A model generated the notes under the pieces. That model ran no database searches, was not told the origin of the DNA, and saw only the letters and a program-made list of their open reading frames with translations. Shown piece after piece: positions 13,351 to 27,000 of a stretch of 64,000 bases of DNA. The translations under genes and the position numbers were made by a program. Source of the stretch: Squalus acanthias (Eukaryota); assembly GCA_030390025.1 (NCBI GenBank), contig CM059431.1:155622001-155686000 (forward strand), written 5' to 3'. The stretch's first letter is position 1. Each line of letters starts with the position of its first letter.

Positions 13351-15792
13351 TACATAAGAACATAAGAACATAAGAAATAGGAGCAGAAATAGGCCACTTG
13401 GCCCCTCGAGCCTGCTCCGCCATTCAATAAGATCATGGCTCATCTTGAGCTCAAAGCCACTTCCCAGCCCGCTCCCCAGAACCCTTCACTCCCTTATCTT
13501 GTAAAAAATTATCTATCACCAAATTAAATGTATTTAATGAATCAGCCTCCACAGATCTCTGGGGCAGATTATTCCAGAGATTTACGACGCTCTGAGAGAA
13601 GAAATTCCTCCTCATCTCAGTTCTAAAAGGGCAAACCTTTATTCTGAATTTTTCCCCCCGAGTTCTAGATTCCCCCACGAGGGGAAACATCCTCTCTCCA
13701 TCTGCCTTGTCGAGCCCCCTCAGTATCTTACATGTTTGAATAAGATTACCTCTCACTCTTCAGAATTCCAATGAGTATAGGCCCAGTCTGCTCAACCTTT
13801 CCTCATAATTCAACCGCCTCATCTCTGGAATTAACCTAGTGAATCGTCTTTGAACTGCCTCCAATGAAACTATATCCTTCCTTAAATAAGGAGAAATAAA
13901 CTGTTCACAGTTCTCAAGGTGTGGTCTCACCAATACCCTGTACAGCTGTAACAGGACATCCCTGCTTTTTACTCCAACCCCCTTGAAATAAAGGAAAACA
14001 TGCCATTTGCCTTTTTGATTACTTGCTGTACCTGCATGCTTACGTTCTGTGTTTAATGCACAAGCACCCCTATGTCCCTCTGAACTGTAGCATTTTGTAA
14101 TCTCTCCCCATTTAAATAATAGTTTATTTTTTACTTTTCCTGACAAAGTGTATAACCTCGCACTTTCCCACATTATACTCCATCTGCCAAATGTTTTGCA
14201 CACTCACCCAGCCTGTCTATATCCCTTTGCAGATTCTTTGAGACCTCTGCACCACTTGCTTTCCCACCCGTCATTGTATCATCCGCACACTTTTCTGCAT
14301 TACACTCGGTCCCTTCATCCAAGTCATTAATGTAGATTGTAAATAGTTGAGTCCTCAGCACCGATCTCTATGGCACCCCACTATTTACCGTTTGCCAACC
14401 GGAAAATGGCCCATATATCCCGACACTCTGCTTTCTGTTAGTTAGCCAATTCTCTGTCCAGGCTAATACATTACCCCCAATTCGGTTAGTTCTTATCTTA
14501 AGCAGTAATCTTGTATGTGGCACCATATAGAATGCCATCTGGAAATCCAAATACACCACATCCACTGGCTCACCTTTGTCCACCCTGCTCGTTACATCCT
14601 CAAAGAACTCCAGCAAATTTGTTAAACATGATTTCCCTTTCATAAAACCATGCTGACTCTGCTTGACTGCATTATGATTTGCCAAATGCCCTGCTACTGC
14701 TTCCTCAATAACGGACTTCAGCATTTTCCCAACGACAGATTTTAGGTTAATTGGTCTATAGTTTCCTGCTTTCTGTCTCCCTCCTTTATTAAATACGGGT
14801 ATTACATTTGCGGTTTTCAAATCCGCGGGGACCTCTCTGGAGTCCAGGGAATTTTGGTAAATTGCAACCAATGCATCCACTCTCTGTGCAGCCATTTCTT
14901 TTAAGAGGCTAGGATACAGGCCATCTGCTCCAGGGTACTTGTTGTCTTTTAGTATCATTATTTTACCAAGTACTATTTCCTTTGTGATAGAGATTGTATT
15001 CAGTTCCCTCCTCCCGGTGACAAATTGATTATCCATTATTGGGATGTTGTTAGTGTCTTTTACCTTGAAGATGGGTGCACAATTTTTATTCAGAGTCCCT
15101 GCCATTACCCTTTTCCCCATTATTCATTCCCAAGTCTCATCCTCTAAGGGACCAACGTTTACTTTAGCTACTCTCTTTCTTTTTATATACCTGTAGAAGC
15201 TCTTACTATTTATTTTAATATTTCTAGCAAGTTTAATCTCATAATTCATCTTCTCTCTCTTTATTAATTTTTTAGTCATCCTTTGCTGGTTTAAAAGAAA
15301 ACTCCCAATTCTCTGGTCACGTTCTAATCTTGGCAATATTGTATGCCTTCGTTTTGTTGGTTAGCCACGGATAGTGAACCCTTCTCTTAATTTTTTTCTT
15401 TCTCATTGGAATATATTTTTGTTGTGAGTTATGAAATATCTACTTAAATGTCAGCCTCTCAATTTCAACCGTCTTGCCCTTTAATTTATATGTCCAGTGC
15501 ACTTTAGCCAGTTCTTCCCTCATGCCATTGTAATTGCCTATGTTTAAGATCAGGACACTGGTTTGAGATACAACTTTCTCACCCTCCAACTGAATTTGAA
15601 ATTCAAAAATGCTATGATCACAGTTTCCGAGAGGACCTTTACTATGAGATCATTTATTAATTCTGTCTCATTACACAGTACCAGATCCAACATAGCCTGC
15701 TTCCTGGATGGTTCCATTACATACTATTCTAGGAAACTATCCCGGATGCACTCTATGAAATTCCCCATAAGGCTACCAATACCAATTTGGTT
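13351..15792 (-). mobile_element. CR1 LINE ORF2, 5'-truncated, decayed
   Basis: ORFs 14368-15120, 13760-14203 and 13451-13756 with CR1 RT motifs. Tail cataagaacataagaacataagaa. Confidence 0.92.
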
Positions 15793-15799
15793 CCGCTCG

Positions 15800-16108
15800 T
15801 AGATACCTTATATGATCCCGACAAAATGTAAAACCCCATACATTCCTGGAAGCTTTAAAATACGCTTTTAAAACCCACATGCACCTGGCATATTCCGAAA
15901 TACAATGAAACCGCATATGTAAATTGCAGGATCCCGATGTACCTTGTCGCCCCATAATCAGCTGGCATATCCCGAAATATAGCGAAACCGCATGCATCCT
16001 TTGCAGGATCCTGATGTACTTTGAAACCCCATGCACACCTGGCAGGTTCCTGATACACTGTGAAACCCTATAAACACCTGGTATGATCGCAATACACCGT
16101 GAAATATA
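15800..16108 (+). repeat. 39-bp minisatellite, block 4
   Basis: Units such as cacctggcaggttcctgatacactgtgaaaccctata. Confidence 0.75.
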
Positions 16109-16325
16109 ACATAGAGGCTTACATAGGATTACATACGATATACAGCATAGAAACTGGCGATTCGGTCCAACCAGTCCATAGTGGTGTTTATGCTCCACAC
16201 ATCCTCCTCCCGGCTTTCCTCATTTAAATATATCAGCATAACACTCTATTCCCTTCTCCGTCATATGCTTGTCTAGCCTCCCCGTAAATGAATCTGTACT
16301 ATTTGCTTCAACCACTCCCTGTGTT

Positions 16326-18827
16326 ATGGAACCAACAAGGAAACAAGCTATTGTGTAATAACCTATTATGTGGCACTTTATCGTTGCCTTTTTTGTTCAT
16401 TAGCAATATCATGGAATTTCACATTAATATTGAGAGTGACTTGCCTAAGTCCTAAACTAGAGTCTTAAACTTAAATAAAGTCAATTACATAAGTATGAGG
16501 AGCGAGTGGGCTAAGGCAGATTGGAAAAATAGATTCAATGTATGGCAGTAGATAAGCAGTGGCTAGCATTTAAACAAATATGGCATAATTCTCAACATAA
16601 ATACATTCCGATGAGAAACAAAATTCTACGGGAAAAGTGATCCAATCGTGGCTAACTAAAGAAGTTTCGAATATCATTACGAAGAAGCTTATAGTGTTGC
16701 AAAGAATTGCCTGAGGATTGGGAGAGTTTCAGAAATCAGCAAATGTTGACAATAAAATCGATAAAAGGGAAAAAATAGAATATGAGAGAAAACTAGCAAG
16801 AAATATAAAAGAAGATATATTTCTACAGGCAAAAGGGTTTAAGGGTTACGGAAAGAAGGCGGGGACGGGATACTGAATTGGAGGATCAGCCATGATCTCA
16901 TTAAATGGCGGAGCAGGCTCGAAGGGCCGGATGGCCTACTCCTGCTCCTATCTTCTATGTATCTATGTATCTATGTAAGATTGTAAGAGTTTCTACAAGT
17001 ATGTAAAAAGGAAAAGAGTAGCAAAAGTAAACCTTGGTGCCTTAGAGGGTGAGAAAGGAGAAATTATTATGGGAAATAAGGAAATGGCAGAAATGTTAAA
17101 CACATATTTTGTATCTGTCTTCACAGTAGAAGACACAAAAAGCGTAACAAAAATGATGGAGAACAAAAGTTCTAATGAGGATGACGAACTTAACGTAATT
17201 AATATAAGGAGAGACACTGTACTGGAGAAACTATTGGCACGAAATGCCGACAAATCCCCTGGTCCTGAAGGCCTACATCCTAGGGTTCTAAAAGATTTGG
17301 CTGAAGAGATACTGGATGCAATGGTTTTGTTCTTCCAAAATTCCCTATATTCTGGAATGGTCACAGCGGATTGGAATGTCACAAATGTAACACCGCTATG
17401 CAAGAAAGAAGGGAAAGATAAAACAGGGAACTACAGGCCAGTTAGGCTGAGATCAGTCGTTGAGAAAATGCTGGAATCTATTTTTAAGGAAGTGGTATCA
17501 AGTCACTTAGAAAATCATAACATGATTAGGCAGAGTCAACATGGTGTTCTGAAAGGGAAATCGTGTTTAACAAATTTATTAGAGTGTTTTGAGGATGTAA
17601 CTAGCAGGGTAGATAAAGGGGAACCCGTTGATGTCGTATATTTGGATTTCCAAAAACCATTCGATAAAGTGCCACATAAAAGGTTATTGCACAAGATTAG
17701 GGCGCATGTTATTGGGGGTAATAAATCAGCATGGATAGAGGATTGGTTAACGGCCAGAACACAGAGAGTAGGGATAAACAGATCATTTTCAGGTTGGCAG
17801 GCTGTAACTAGTGGGGTGGCGCAAGTATATGTGTTGGGGCTTCAGCTATTTACAATCAATATTAATGACCTAGATGAAGGGATCGAGTGTAACGCCTCCA
17901 GGTTTGCTGATGATATAAAGCTAGTTGGGACAGTAAGCTTTGAGGTTAACACAAAGAATCTGCAAATGGATATAGAAATACTGAGTGAGTGGGCAGTAAA
18001 CTGGCAGATTCAGTATAATGCAGGGAAATGTGAGGTTATTCACTTTGGTAGGAAGAGTAGAAAAACAGAATATCTTTTAAATGGTAAGAAGCTGTCAAAT
18101 GTTGGTGTTCAGATAGATTTCGGTGTCCTCGTGCAAGGAACACAGTAAGCTATCATGCAGGTACAGCAAGCAATAAGGAAGGCAAATTCTATGTTTGCCT
18201 TTAGTGCAAGGTGGTTGGAGTATAACAGTAAGGAAGTCTTGCTGCAATTGTACAGTGCCTTGATGAGACCACACTTGGAGTACTGTGCACCGTTTTGGTA
18301 TGCTGATCTAAGGAAGGATATACTTGCCTTGGAGGCGGTGCAACGCAGGTACACTAGATTGATTCTTTTGGAGGAGAGGGCTGTCCCATGAAGAAAGATT
18401 GTGTAGGATGGGCCTATACTCTCTGGAGTTTTGAAGAATGAGAGGTGATCTCATTGAAACATACAATATTCTGAAGGGGGTTGGCAGTGTAGTTGCTGAG
18501 AGGTTATTTCCCCTGGGCAGAGTGTCTAGAACTAGGGGGCATAGTTTCAGGATAAGGCCGTTTAAGAGTGAGATGAGGAGGAATTTCTTCACTCAGAGGA
18601 TTGTGAATCTTTGGAATTCTCTGCCCCAGAGGGCTCTGAATGCTGAGTCTTTGAATATATTCAAGGCTTAGATAGTGAGATTTTTGGACTCTAGGGGACT
18701 CAATGGATAATGAGATCGGCGGGAAAGTAGAGTTGATGTCGATGATCAGCCATGAACTTATTGAATTGGCGGAGCAAGCTCGAGGGGCCTTATGGCCTAC
18801 TCCTGCTCTTATTTCTTATGATCTTAT
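16326..18827 (+). mobile_element. CR1 LINE ORF2, 5'-truncated, decayed
   Basis: ORFs 17069-18148, 18155-18391 and 18438-18671 with RT motifs. Tail tcttatgatcttat. Confidence 0.92.
16813..16976 (+). mobile_element. Very short young CR1 3' insertion, same family as 24060-27428
   Basis: Near-identical to 27271-27428. AAGAT on both flanks (16812-16816 and 16977-16981). Confidence 0.9.
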
Positions 18828-21470
18828 GCAGCGAATTCCACATTCTCACCACTCTTTGGATAAAGAAGTTTCTTCTAAATTTCCTATTGGATTTCTTGGT
18901 GACAATCTTATATTAGTGGCCTCCAGCTATGCTCTTACCAAAAGTGGAAACATTCTCTCTGTAACCTATCTATCAAAATATTTCATAATTCTAAAGACCT
19001 CTAGTCTGTTACCTCTCAACCTTCTTTTATCAAGAGAAAAGAGACCCAGCCTGTTCATCCTTTCCTGATATGTATACCCTCTCATTTCTGCTATCATCCT
19101 GGTAAATCTTACTTGCACCCTCTCCATTGCCTCTATATCCCTTTTATAATCTGAGGCCCAGAACTGTACGCAGTACTCTAAGTGTGGTCGAACCAAGGAT
19201 CGATACAGGTTTAGCATAACTTCCTTACATTTCAATGACATCCCTGTCGAAATAAACCCTAGTCTATCCCATCCTCAATTTCGTGTCATCCGCAAACTTA
19301 GAAATTGTGTTTTGGATTCCTTTGCCTAAACCGTTAATATAAAATGTGAACAGCAGTGGTCCCAGCATTGATCCTTGTGGAACACCACTACCTACCTCTG
19401 CCACTGTGAATAGCTACCCTTTACTCCTACTCTCTGCTTTCTGCCCTGAAGCCAGGAAGCAGTCCATTCTGCTACTTGTCCCCTGACTCCGCATTCTCTG
19501 ACCTTGTTCATTAGTCTATTATGGGGTACCTTTTAGAAGGCCTTTTTTAAAATCTAGATAAATTACATCTGCTGCATTACCATTGTCTACTCTCTCTGAT
19601 ATCTCTTCAAAAATTCAATGACGATGGAAAAGCAAGACTTTCCCATTTGCAATCCATGTTGACTATTCATTATTATGCATTTGGTTTCTAGATGCTCCTC
19701 TATTTTCTCCCTTAGTATTGATTTCACTATGTTTCCTACCAGTGATGATATGCTGACTGGTTTATAATTTACTTGACATGTTGTATCCCCCTTCTTAAAT
19801 ATCAATATTACGTTAGCTATCCGGGCAGTCCGGTGGCACTATACTTTTTTCTAACCAATTATTAAATATGCAAAGTAATGCCTCTAATATCTCTTCCCTA
19901 GATAAATTTAAAATGCTTGGATGCAATCCATCCGGACCAGGGTTTTTATCCTCTTTGAGTTTGATAAATTTAATTAATATATATCCTTTTTTATTTTAAT
20001 GCACTTATGTCATTACTAATCTCATCGTTCAATGTCATGTCCACCTGTTCTATCTCCCTGGTAAATACTGATACAAAATAATTATTTAATATTCCTGCCA
20101 TCTTTCTATCGTTACCTGTGGTATTGTTCTGACTATCGCTTAATGGTCCTATTTCCATCCTAACCTACCTTTTTTTATTGATGTACCTGTAAAATTATTT
20201 GCTATTTTCTTTCATGTTCCTTGACAATTCAATTTCATGGTTCCTCTTAGCCTCCTTGATTTTTTTATTGACTTCCCTCCTAATCTTTTCGTATACTCTC
20301 TCATCATGCACTCCTCTTCTGTCTGTGTACTTAATATATGCATCTTTCCTTACCCTCAAATGTTCCCTTATCGGTTTATTCATCCATGGAGTCTCATTAT
20401 TGTTTAGTTTCTTCTTCCCTTTTAGCGGAATATTTTTTTCCTGCACTCTGTTGAACATCGTTTTAAATGTTTCCCATTGCATTTCGAAATCGTTGTTTGC
20501 CAATATTGCTGCCTATTTTTGTTTCCCAAGTTCTATTCTCATCCCTTCAAAATATGCCTTTCTCCAATCTATGAACCTGGTTTTCGTCATACTTATGTCT
20601 TTCTCAATTATCATCTTAAAGCGGTTTATATTATGTTCATTATTTCCTATATGTTAATCCTACCTTTACTTCTCTTATCTGCTCTGGTTCATTCCCCATT
20701 ACGAGATCCAATATCGAATCCTCCTTTGTTGGGCTTTTTTTAAATATTGAGTTAGAAAGTAGGCCTGTAAACATTGTAGGAACTCACTTCCCTTATCCCC
20801 TTTACCTACCTCTTCTGTCCAATTAAAATTGGGTACCTGAAATCCCCATGACTAATCTTCTATGTTTTTTTAATCATTTTCCTGTTTCTCTGCATACTTC
20901 TTCCTTCACCTCCCTTCCACTATTACGTGGTCTGTAGGCTACGCCTGTTAGTGTGTTTGATCATTTAATATCTTACATCTCCATCCATGTGGACTCTATT
21001 TTTGTCTAGCTGATATCTGCTTCACTTTTTTATACTGCCATTATATTATCCCTAATAAGTACAGCTACTCCACCTCCCCTTTTTCCCTCTCTATCTTTTC
21101 CACAAATATTATAGCCTGCAATGTTTAAGTCCCAGTCCTGATTTTTCTGTAGCCATGTCTCAGTAATCCCTATTATGTCTGGTTACTCGCAACGTATGAT
21201 TGCCTCCAGCACCCCTGCTTTCTTACGGACACTGTGTGCATTGCTGTACAGACAGTTTCACTCTAGGATTTCCTCAACATTATGTTTAAGCATTTTTTTA
21301 GAATTATTTTCTGTAACTCGATTTATTCCCTTGCTATGAATGTCCTCCCTTAATATATTATTTCCCGTGCTTCCTATAGATCCCATCCCCCGTAACCTGG
21401 AATCACATATCTTCATCCGGAACAGTTATAGGTTATTTTTTTGGACATACACTTCAATATAAATAGATAC

Positions 21471-21800
21471 ATTTGTATTCATTGAAGGGATGTGGGCGTC
21501 GCTGGCAAGGCCTGCATTTATTGCCCATCCCTATTTGCATTTGAGAACATGGCGGTAAGCCGCTTACCTGAACCGTTGCAATCCATGTGGTGAAGGTACT
21601 CCCACAATGCTGTTGGGGAGGGAGTGCCATGAGTTTGGCACAGCGACAATGAATAAACGTGAACTTGGAAGTGGTGGTGATCCCAGGCGCCTGCTGCTCT
21701 TGTCCTTCTAGGTGGTAGAGGTCGCAGCTTTGGGAGGTACTTTCGAAGAAGCATTGACTAGTTGCCGCAGTTCATCTTTTCGATGATACAACCTGCATCA
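21471..21800 (-). mobile_element. 3' end of the second LINE family (same as 36645-39310)
   Basis: Shares LRxHLPxxRPxxPRxTRAAGA-coding sequence with 36681-37088. Terminal segment ...gggatgggcaataaatgc on the minus strand. Confidence 0.75.
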
Positions 21801-21814
21801 CGTCCAATTGGACG

Positions 21815-23570
21815 TCCAATCCCTCTACACCTGCATCCGCCACCAGGATGGACTGAGGGCGCTCTGCTTCTTCCTTGAACAAAGGCTCAACCAGTCCCCA
21901 TCCACCACCACGCTCCTCCGCCTGTCTGAATAGTTCTCATCTTCAACAATTTCTCCTTTGACTTCATTCACTTCCTCCAAATTAAAGGTGTTGCAATGTG
22001 AACCTGCACATATCCTAGCTATGCCTGCTTTTTCGTGGGACATGTGGAACATTCTTTGTTCCAGTCCCAGTCAGGTCCCCTCCCTCACCTCCTTTTCCGG
22101 TACATTGATGATTGTATCGGTGCTGTTTCCTGCTCTCGCCCTGAACTAGAAAATCTCATTCACTTTGCTTCCAATTTCCACCCTTCCCTCACCTTCACAA
22201 GTTCCATTTCCGACTCTTCCCTTCCCTTCCTCGACCTTTCTGACTCCATCTCTGGTGATAGGTTATTGACAAACATTCAGTAAAAGCCCACTGATTCCCA
22301 GAGCTGCCTGGACTACACTTACTCGCTTCCTGTAAGGACTCTATTCCATTCTTCCAGTTTCTCCGTCGCCGCCGCAGCTGGTCTGATGATGCAACCTCCC
22401 ATACTAGTGCTTCAGAGATGCCTCCTTTTTCCTCAACGGAGGATTCCACTCTGCTGTGGTTGACACGGCCCTTGTCATTGTCATTCTATTTCCCCCATTT
22501 CTGCTCTCACACCTTCACCTCCCTCCTGGAACCAAGATAGGGTCTCCCTGGTCTTTACCAATCACCCCACCAGCCTCCACATTCAACGGACCATCCTCCG
22601 CTTTTTCCCCCAACTCCAGCGTGAACCCACCACCAAACCCATCTTCCCCTCAACTCCCCTTTCAGCATTCCGAAGGGACCACTCCCTCTGCGACACCCAG
22701 GACCACTCTACTATCACCCCAAACACCCCTTCCACTTCGCCCGGCACATTCACGTTGAAGCACAGGAGATGCAACACATGCCCTTTTACCTCCTCCCTTC
22801 CCACTGTCCAGGCCCCCAAACACTCCTTCCAGATGAAACAGCGATTTACTTGTACTTCTTGCAATTTAGTATACTTTACTCGCTGCTCACGATGCGGTCT
22901 CCTCTACACTGGGGAGACCAAACGCAGATTGGGTGACCGCTTTGTTGAAAACCTCCGTTCAGTCCGCAAGGGTGACCCCGAGCTTCCGGTCACCTGTCAC
23001 TTTAACTCTCCGCTCCACTTCCACTCAGACCTCTTCGTCCTCGGCCTGTTACACTGTTCTAATGAAGCTCAACGCAAGCTCGAGGAACAGCACCTTATCT
23101 TTCGATTAGACACTTTATAGCATTCTGGATTCAACATAGATTTCACACATTTCAAACCATATCCTCTGCCCTTAGCTTTTTTCCAATTCTTGTTTTTCTA
23201 TCTCTCACATTAGCAGGTATCTTTTATTACCTAAGTGCCATTTACACTTCATCTAGAGCCATCTTTTGTTTCTAATTTGTCACGTTACCATCTCATTTTG
23301 CCTTGCACCATCATTCCTGTTGTCTCTTAATCTCTCCTGCCTTCCATCTATTCACAGACCTTCTATTTTGTTCTTTCCTACCTCCCCCTTTCCCTACCCC
23401 TGCACTTGCTTAGAAACCTGTTGCATCTCCAGCTTTTTCCAGTTCTGTCGAAATGTTATCGACATTATCTCTGTTTCTCTCTCCACAGATACTGCCTGAG
23501 CTGCTGAGTGTTGGCAGCATTTTCTGTTTTTATTCCAGATTTCCAACATCTGCAGTATATTGTTTTTGTG
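21815..23570 (+). mobile_element. Penelope-like retroelement (RT + GIY-YIG), decayed
   Basis: LFRYIDDCIG (RT). CNTC...NLVYFTRCSRCGLLYTGETKRRLGDRF (GIY-YIG). 3' repeat tctctccacagatactgcc...cagcattttctgtttt has a broken hammerhead remnant at ~23441-23475. Confidence 0.9.
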
Positions 23571-24059
23571 TTGGAGTAATACTTCCTGATACAATTGCTT
23601 CCTAACAGTTGACCAGTTTGAGGGATTCCTCTTTACAGACAGTGCTATATTTCTTAAAGTTATTTATTACTTTTCAAAATAATTTACCGCATCTTCTGCA
23701 AACCAAAGCAATAAAACTTGCAAATCTAAATTTATAAATTGACGAGATGCCACAAAACCCCGCTTTTCAAGATGGACTTGAATTGTCCATCCATTCTGAA
23801 CTCCATTCTTTGCAATGTGTTCTAGGTGCAGCTATCAGGAAATACTGAAGTCGCTTGGCTGTTTTCTATCGAAACACCAGCAGCATCAGGCACACAAGCA
23901 ACACCAGCTGCAATACCAACCTTCTTCGAAAGCACCTAATTCTGCACAGAACAGAGGGCATCAGCACCCGAGCACATTGCTGCCCGAGAATCCAGTGATC
24001 GCCTCACCATGGCCACAATTACTTCATTTAACGCTGAACACCCAAGCTGACACATTGTG

Positions 24060-27000
24060 CGCCAGGTTGACGTAGCTAAAAAAAGGGAAGAGGTCCTACA
24101 AGTAGAATTTAGGGAGTTAGGAGCCAAGCTAAAAAGTAGGACCTCGAAGGTAGTAATCTCTGGATTACTACCAGTGCCACGTGCTAGTAAGAGTACAGAG
24201 AACAGGATAGTTAGGCTAAATACGTGGCTTGAGCAGTGGTGTAAGAGGGAGGGTTTTAAATTTTTGAGGCATTGGGACCAGTTTTGTGGTAGGTGTGACC
24301 TATACAAAAGGGACGGTCTACACCTGTGCAATGATGGAACTGATGTTCTCGGGGTAAATTTTGATAAAGCAGTTCGGGAGCATTTAAACTAGTATGGCAG
24401 GGGGCTAGAAACCCATGTAGTGAAATAGAGGAAAGTGAAAGGCAGACAGAAATAAATGGTAAAAAGGAGAGGAACAAAAAACAAAGGGCCAAACTAATTC
24501 ATAAAAAATGTGAGCATAAAAAAAGCCTGAGGGTTTTATACCTTAATGCGAGAAGCATCAGGAACAAGGTAGATGAATTAGCTGTGGAAATAGAGGTTAA
24601 TAATTATGATCTAATTGGGATTACGGAAACATGGTTGCAGGGTGAGCAGGGCTGGGAGCTTAACATACAGGGGTATTCAGTATTTAGGAAGGATCGACAA
24701 AAAAGAAAGGGAGGAGGGGTAGCATTGCTGGTAAAAGAGGGGATAAATGCAATTGAAAGGAAGGATATTAACTCAGTTAATACAGAATCTATATGGGTGG
24801 AGCTAAGAAATAGCGAGGGGCGAAAAACATTAATAGGAGTGGTATATAGGCCTCCAAATAGTAAAATAGAGGTTGGGGAAGGCATCACGAGGGAAATTAG
24901 AGAAGCGTGCAATAAGAGCACAGCTGTCATCATAGGTGACTTTAACTTACATATAGATTGGACTAGCCTAATCAGTAAAAATAATGAGGAGGAGGAATTC
25001 CTTGAGTGTTTAAGGGATGGTTATCTGGATCAATATGTCGAGGAACCAACTCGGGAACAGGCTATATTGGACTGGGTACTGTGCAATGAGAAGGGACTAA
25101 TTAGTAATCTTGTTGTACGGGGACCCTTGGGTCAGAGCGATCATAACATGATCGATTTCTCACTCGAAATGGAGAGCGAAGAAATTGACTCAGAGACTCA
25201 GGTCCTGAATTTAAACAAGGGGAATTATGATGCCATTAGACGGGAACTGAGTAGGTCTGATTGGACAACGTTCCTGGGAGGACTGGAGGTAGATAAACAA
25301 TGGCAAGCATTTAAAGATAGAATGACAAAATTGCAAAAATTGTTTATACCAATCTGGCATAAAAGGAAATCTAAAAAGGTGACTCAACCGTGGATAACAG
25401 GGGAAATTAGAGACAGCATAAAATCCAAAGATAGGGCGTATAAAATAGCCAAAAAACGCGCCAGAGCGGAAGATTGGGAACAGTTTAAGATAGAGCAAAG
25501 GAGGGCAAAGGGCTTAATCAAGAAGGGCAAAATAGCTTACGAAAGCAAGCTGGCGGAAAATATAAAAACTAACTCCAAAAGCTTTTATAAGTATATCAAG
25601 AGGAAAAGACTGGTGAAAACCAAAGTTGGTCCATTGCAGTCAGATACGGGGGAATATATAATGGGAAATAAGGAAATGGCAGACCAACTAAATGCATACT
25701 TTGGGTCAGTCTTTACGAAGGAAGACACAAAAAACCTCCCTGGGATATCGGGAAAAATAGGGACATTGGCAAAGGAGGAACTGACGCAAATCAATATCTC
25801 TAAGGATATGGTGTTAAGGAAGCTAAAGGGATTGAAGGCGGACAAATCCCCAGGGCCTGATAACATGCATCCTAGGGTACTGAAGGAGGTGGCCCTAGAG
25901 ATAGCGGATGCACTAAGCATGATTTTTCAGAATTCATTAGACTCGGGAACAGTGCCCATGGATTGGAGGGTAGCTAACGTTACCCCACTATTCAAAAAGG
26001 GGGGTAGGGAAAAAGCAGGTAATTACAGACCTGTAAGCCTTACATCAGTTGTGGGCAAAATGCTGGAGTCCATCATTAAGGATGAAATAGCCGAGCACTT
26101 AGCAAATGGGGACAGGATAGGACAGAGTCAACATGGATTTACAAAGGGTAAATCGTGCTTGACTAATCTATTGGAATTTTTTGAGGGAGTAACTGGTAAA
26201 ATAGATGGGGGAGAGCCAGTAGATGTGGTGTACCTGGACTTCCAAAAGGCCTTCGATAAGGTCCCACATAAAAGATTAGCATGGAAAATTGAAGCTCATG
26301 GGATAAAGGGGAAAGTATTGACGTGGATAGAGAACTGGCTGTCAGATAGAAAACAGAGAGTTGGAATAAACGGCTCATTTTCTGAATGGCAGGCAGTAAC
26401 AAGTGGGGCACCACAGGGATCTGTCCTGGGTCCCCAGCTGTTCACAATTTATATTAATGACCTGGATCAGGGAGTCGAATGCAGCATTTCCAAATTTGCA
26501 GACGACACTAAACTAGGAGGGGGGGTGGGCTCAGAGGAGGAGACCAGGAAGCTCCAGAGCGATTTGGACAGACTGGGTGATTGGGCGGATAAATGGCAGA
26601 TGCACTATAATGTGGACAAGTGCGAAGTTATCCACCTTGGGTGCAGGAACGGGAGGGCAAATTATTATTTAAATGGCAATAAATTGGGAGAGGGGGAAGT
26701 ACAGAGAGACCTGGGTGTTCTTGTACACCAGTCACTGAAGGCGAGCATGCAGGTGCAACAGGCGGTCAAGAAGGCAAACGGTATGCTGGCCTTCATAGCA
26801 AAAGGGTTGGAATACAGGAACAGGGATACCTTGCTGCAGCTGTACAGGGCACTGGTGAGACCACACCTCGAGTACTGTGTACAGTTTTGGTCGCCTCATC
26901 TGAGGAAAGATGTTCTTGCCATGGAGGGGGTGCAGCGGCGATTCACCAGGCTGATACCAGGAATGGCGGGATTGACCTATGAGGAGAGACTATGTAGTTT

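Larger units (their letters stand above)
16109..21400 (-). mobile_element. CR1 LINE of a different subfamily, decayed, interrupted by a + strand CR1 (16326-18827)
   Basis: The tail piece 16109-16324 (...accactccctgtg) joins 18828 (gcagcgaattccacattctc). RT/APE remnants run to ~21300 (PDIIGITETWL). Confidence 0.8.
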
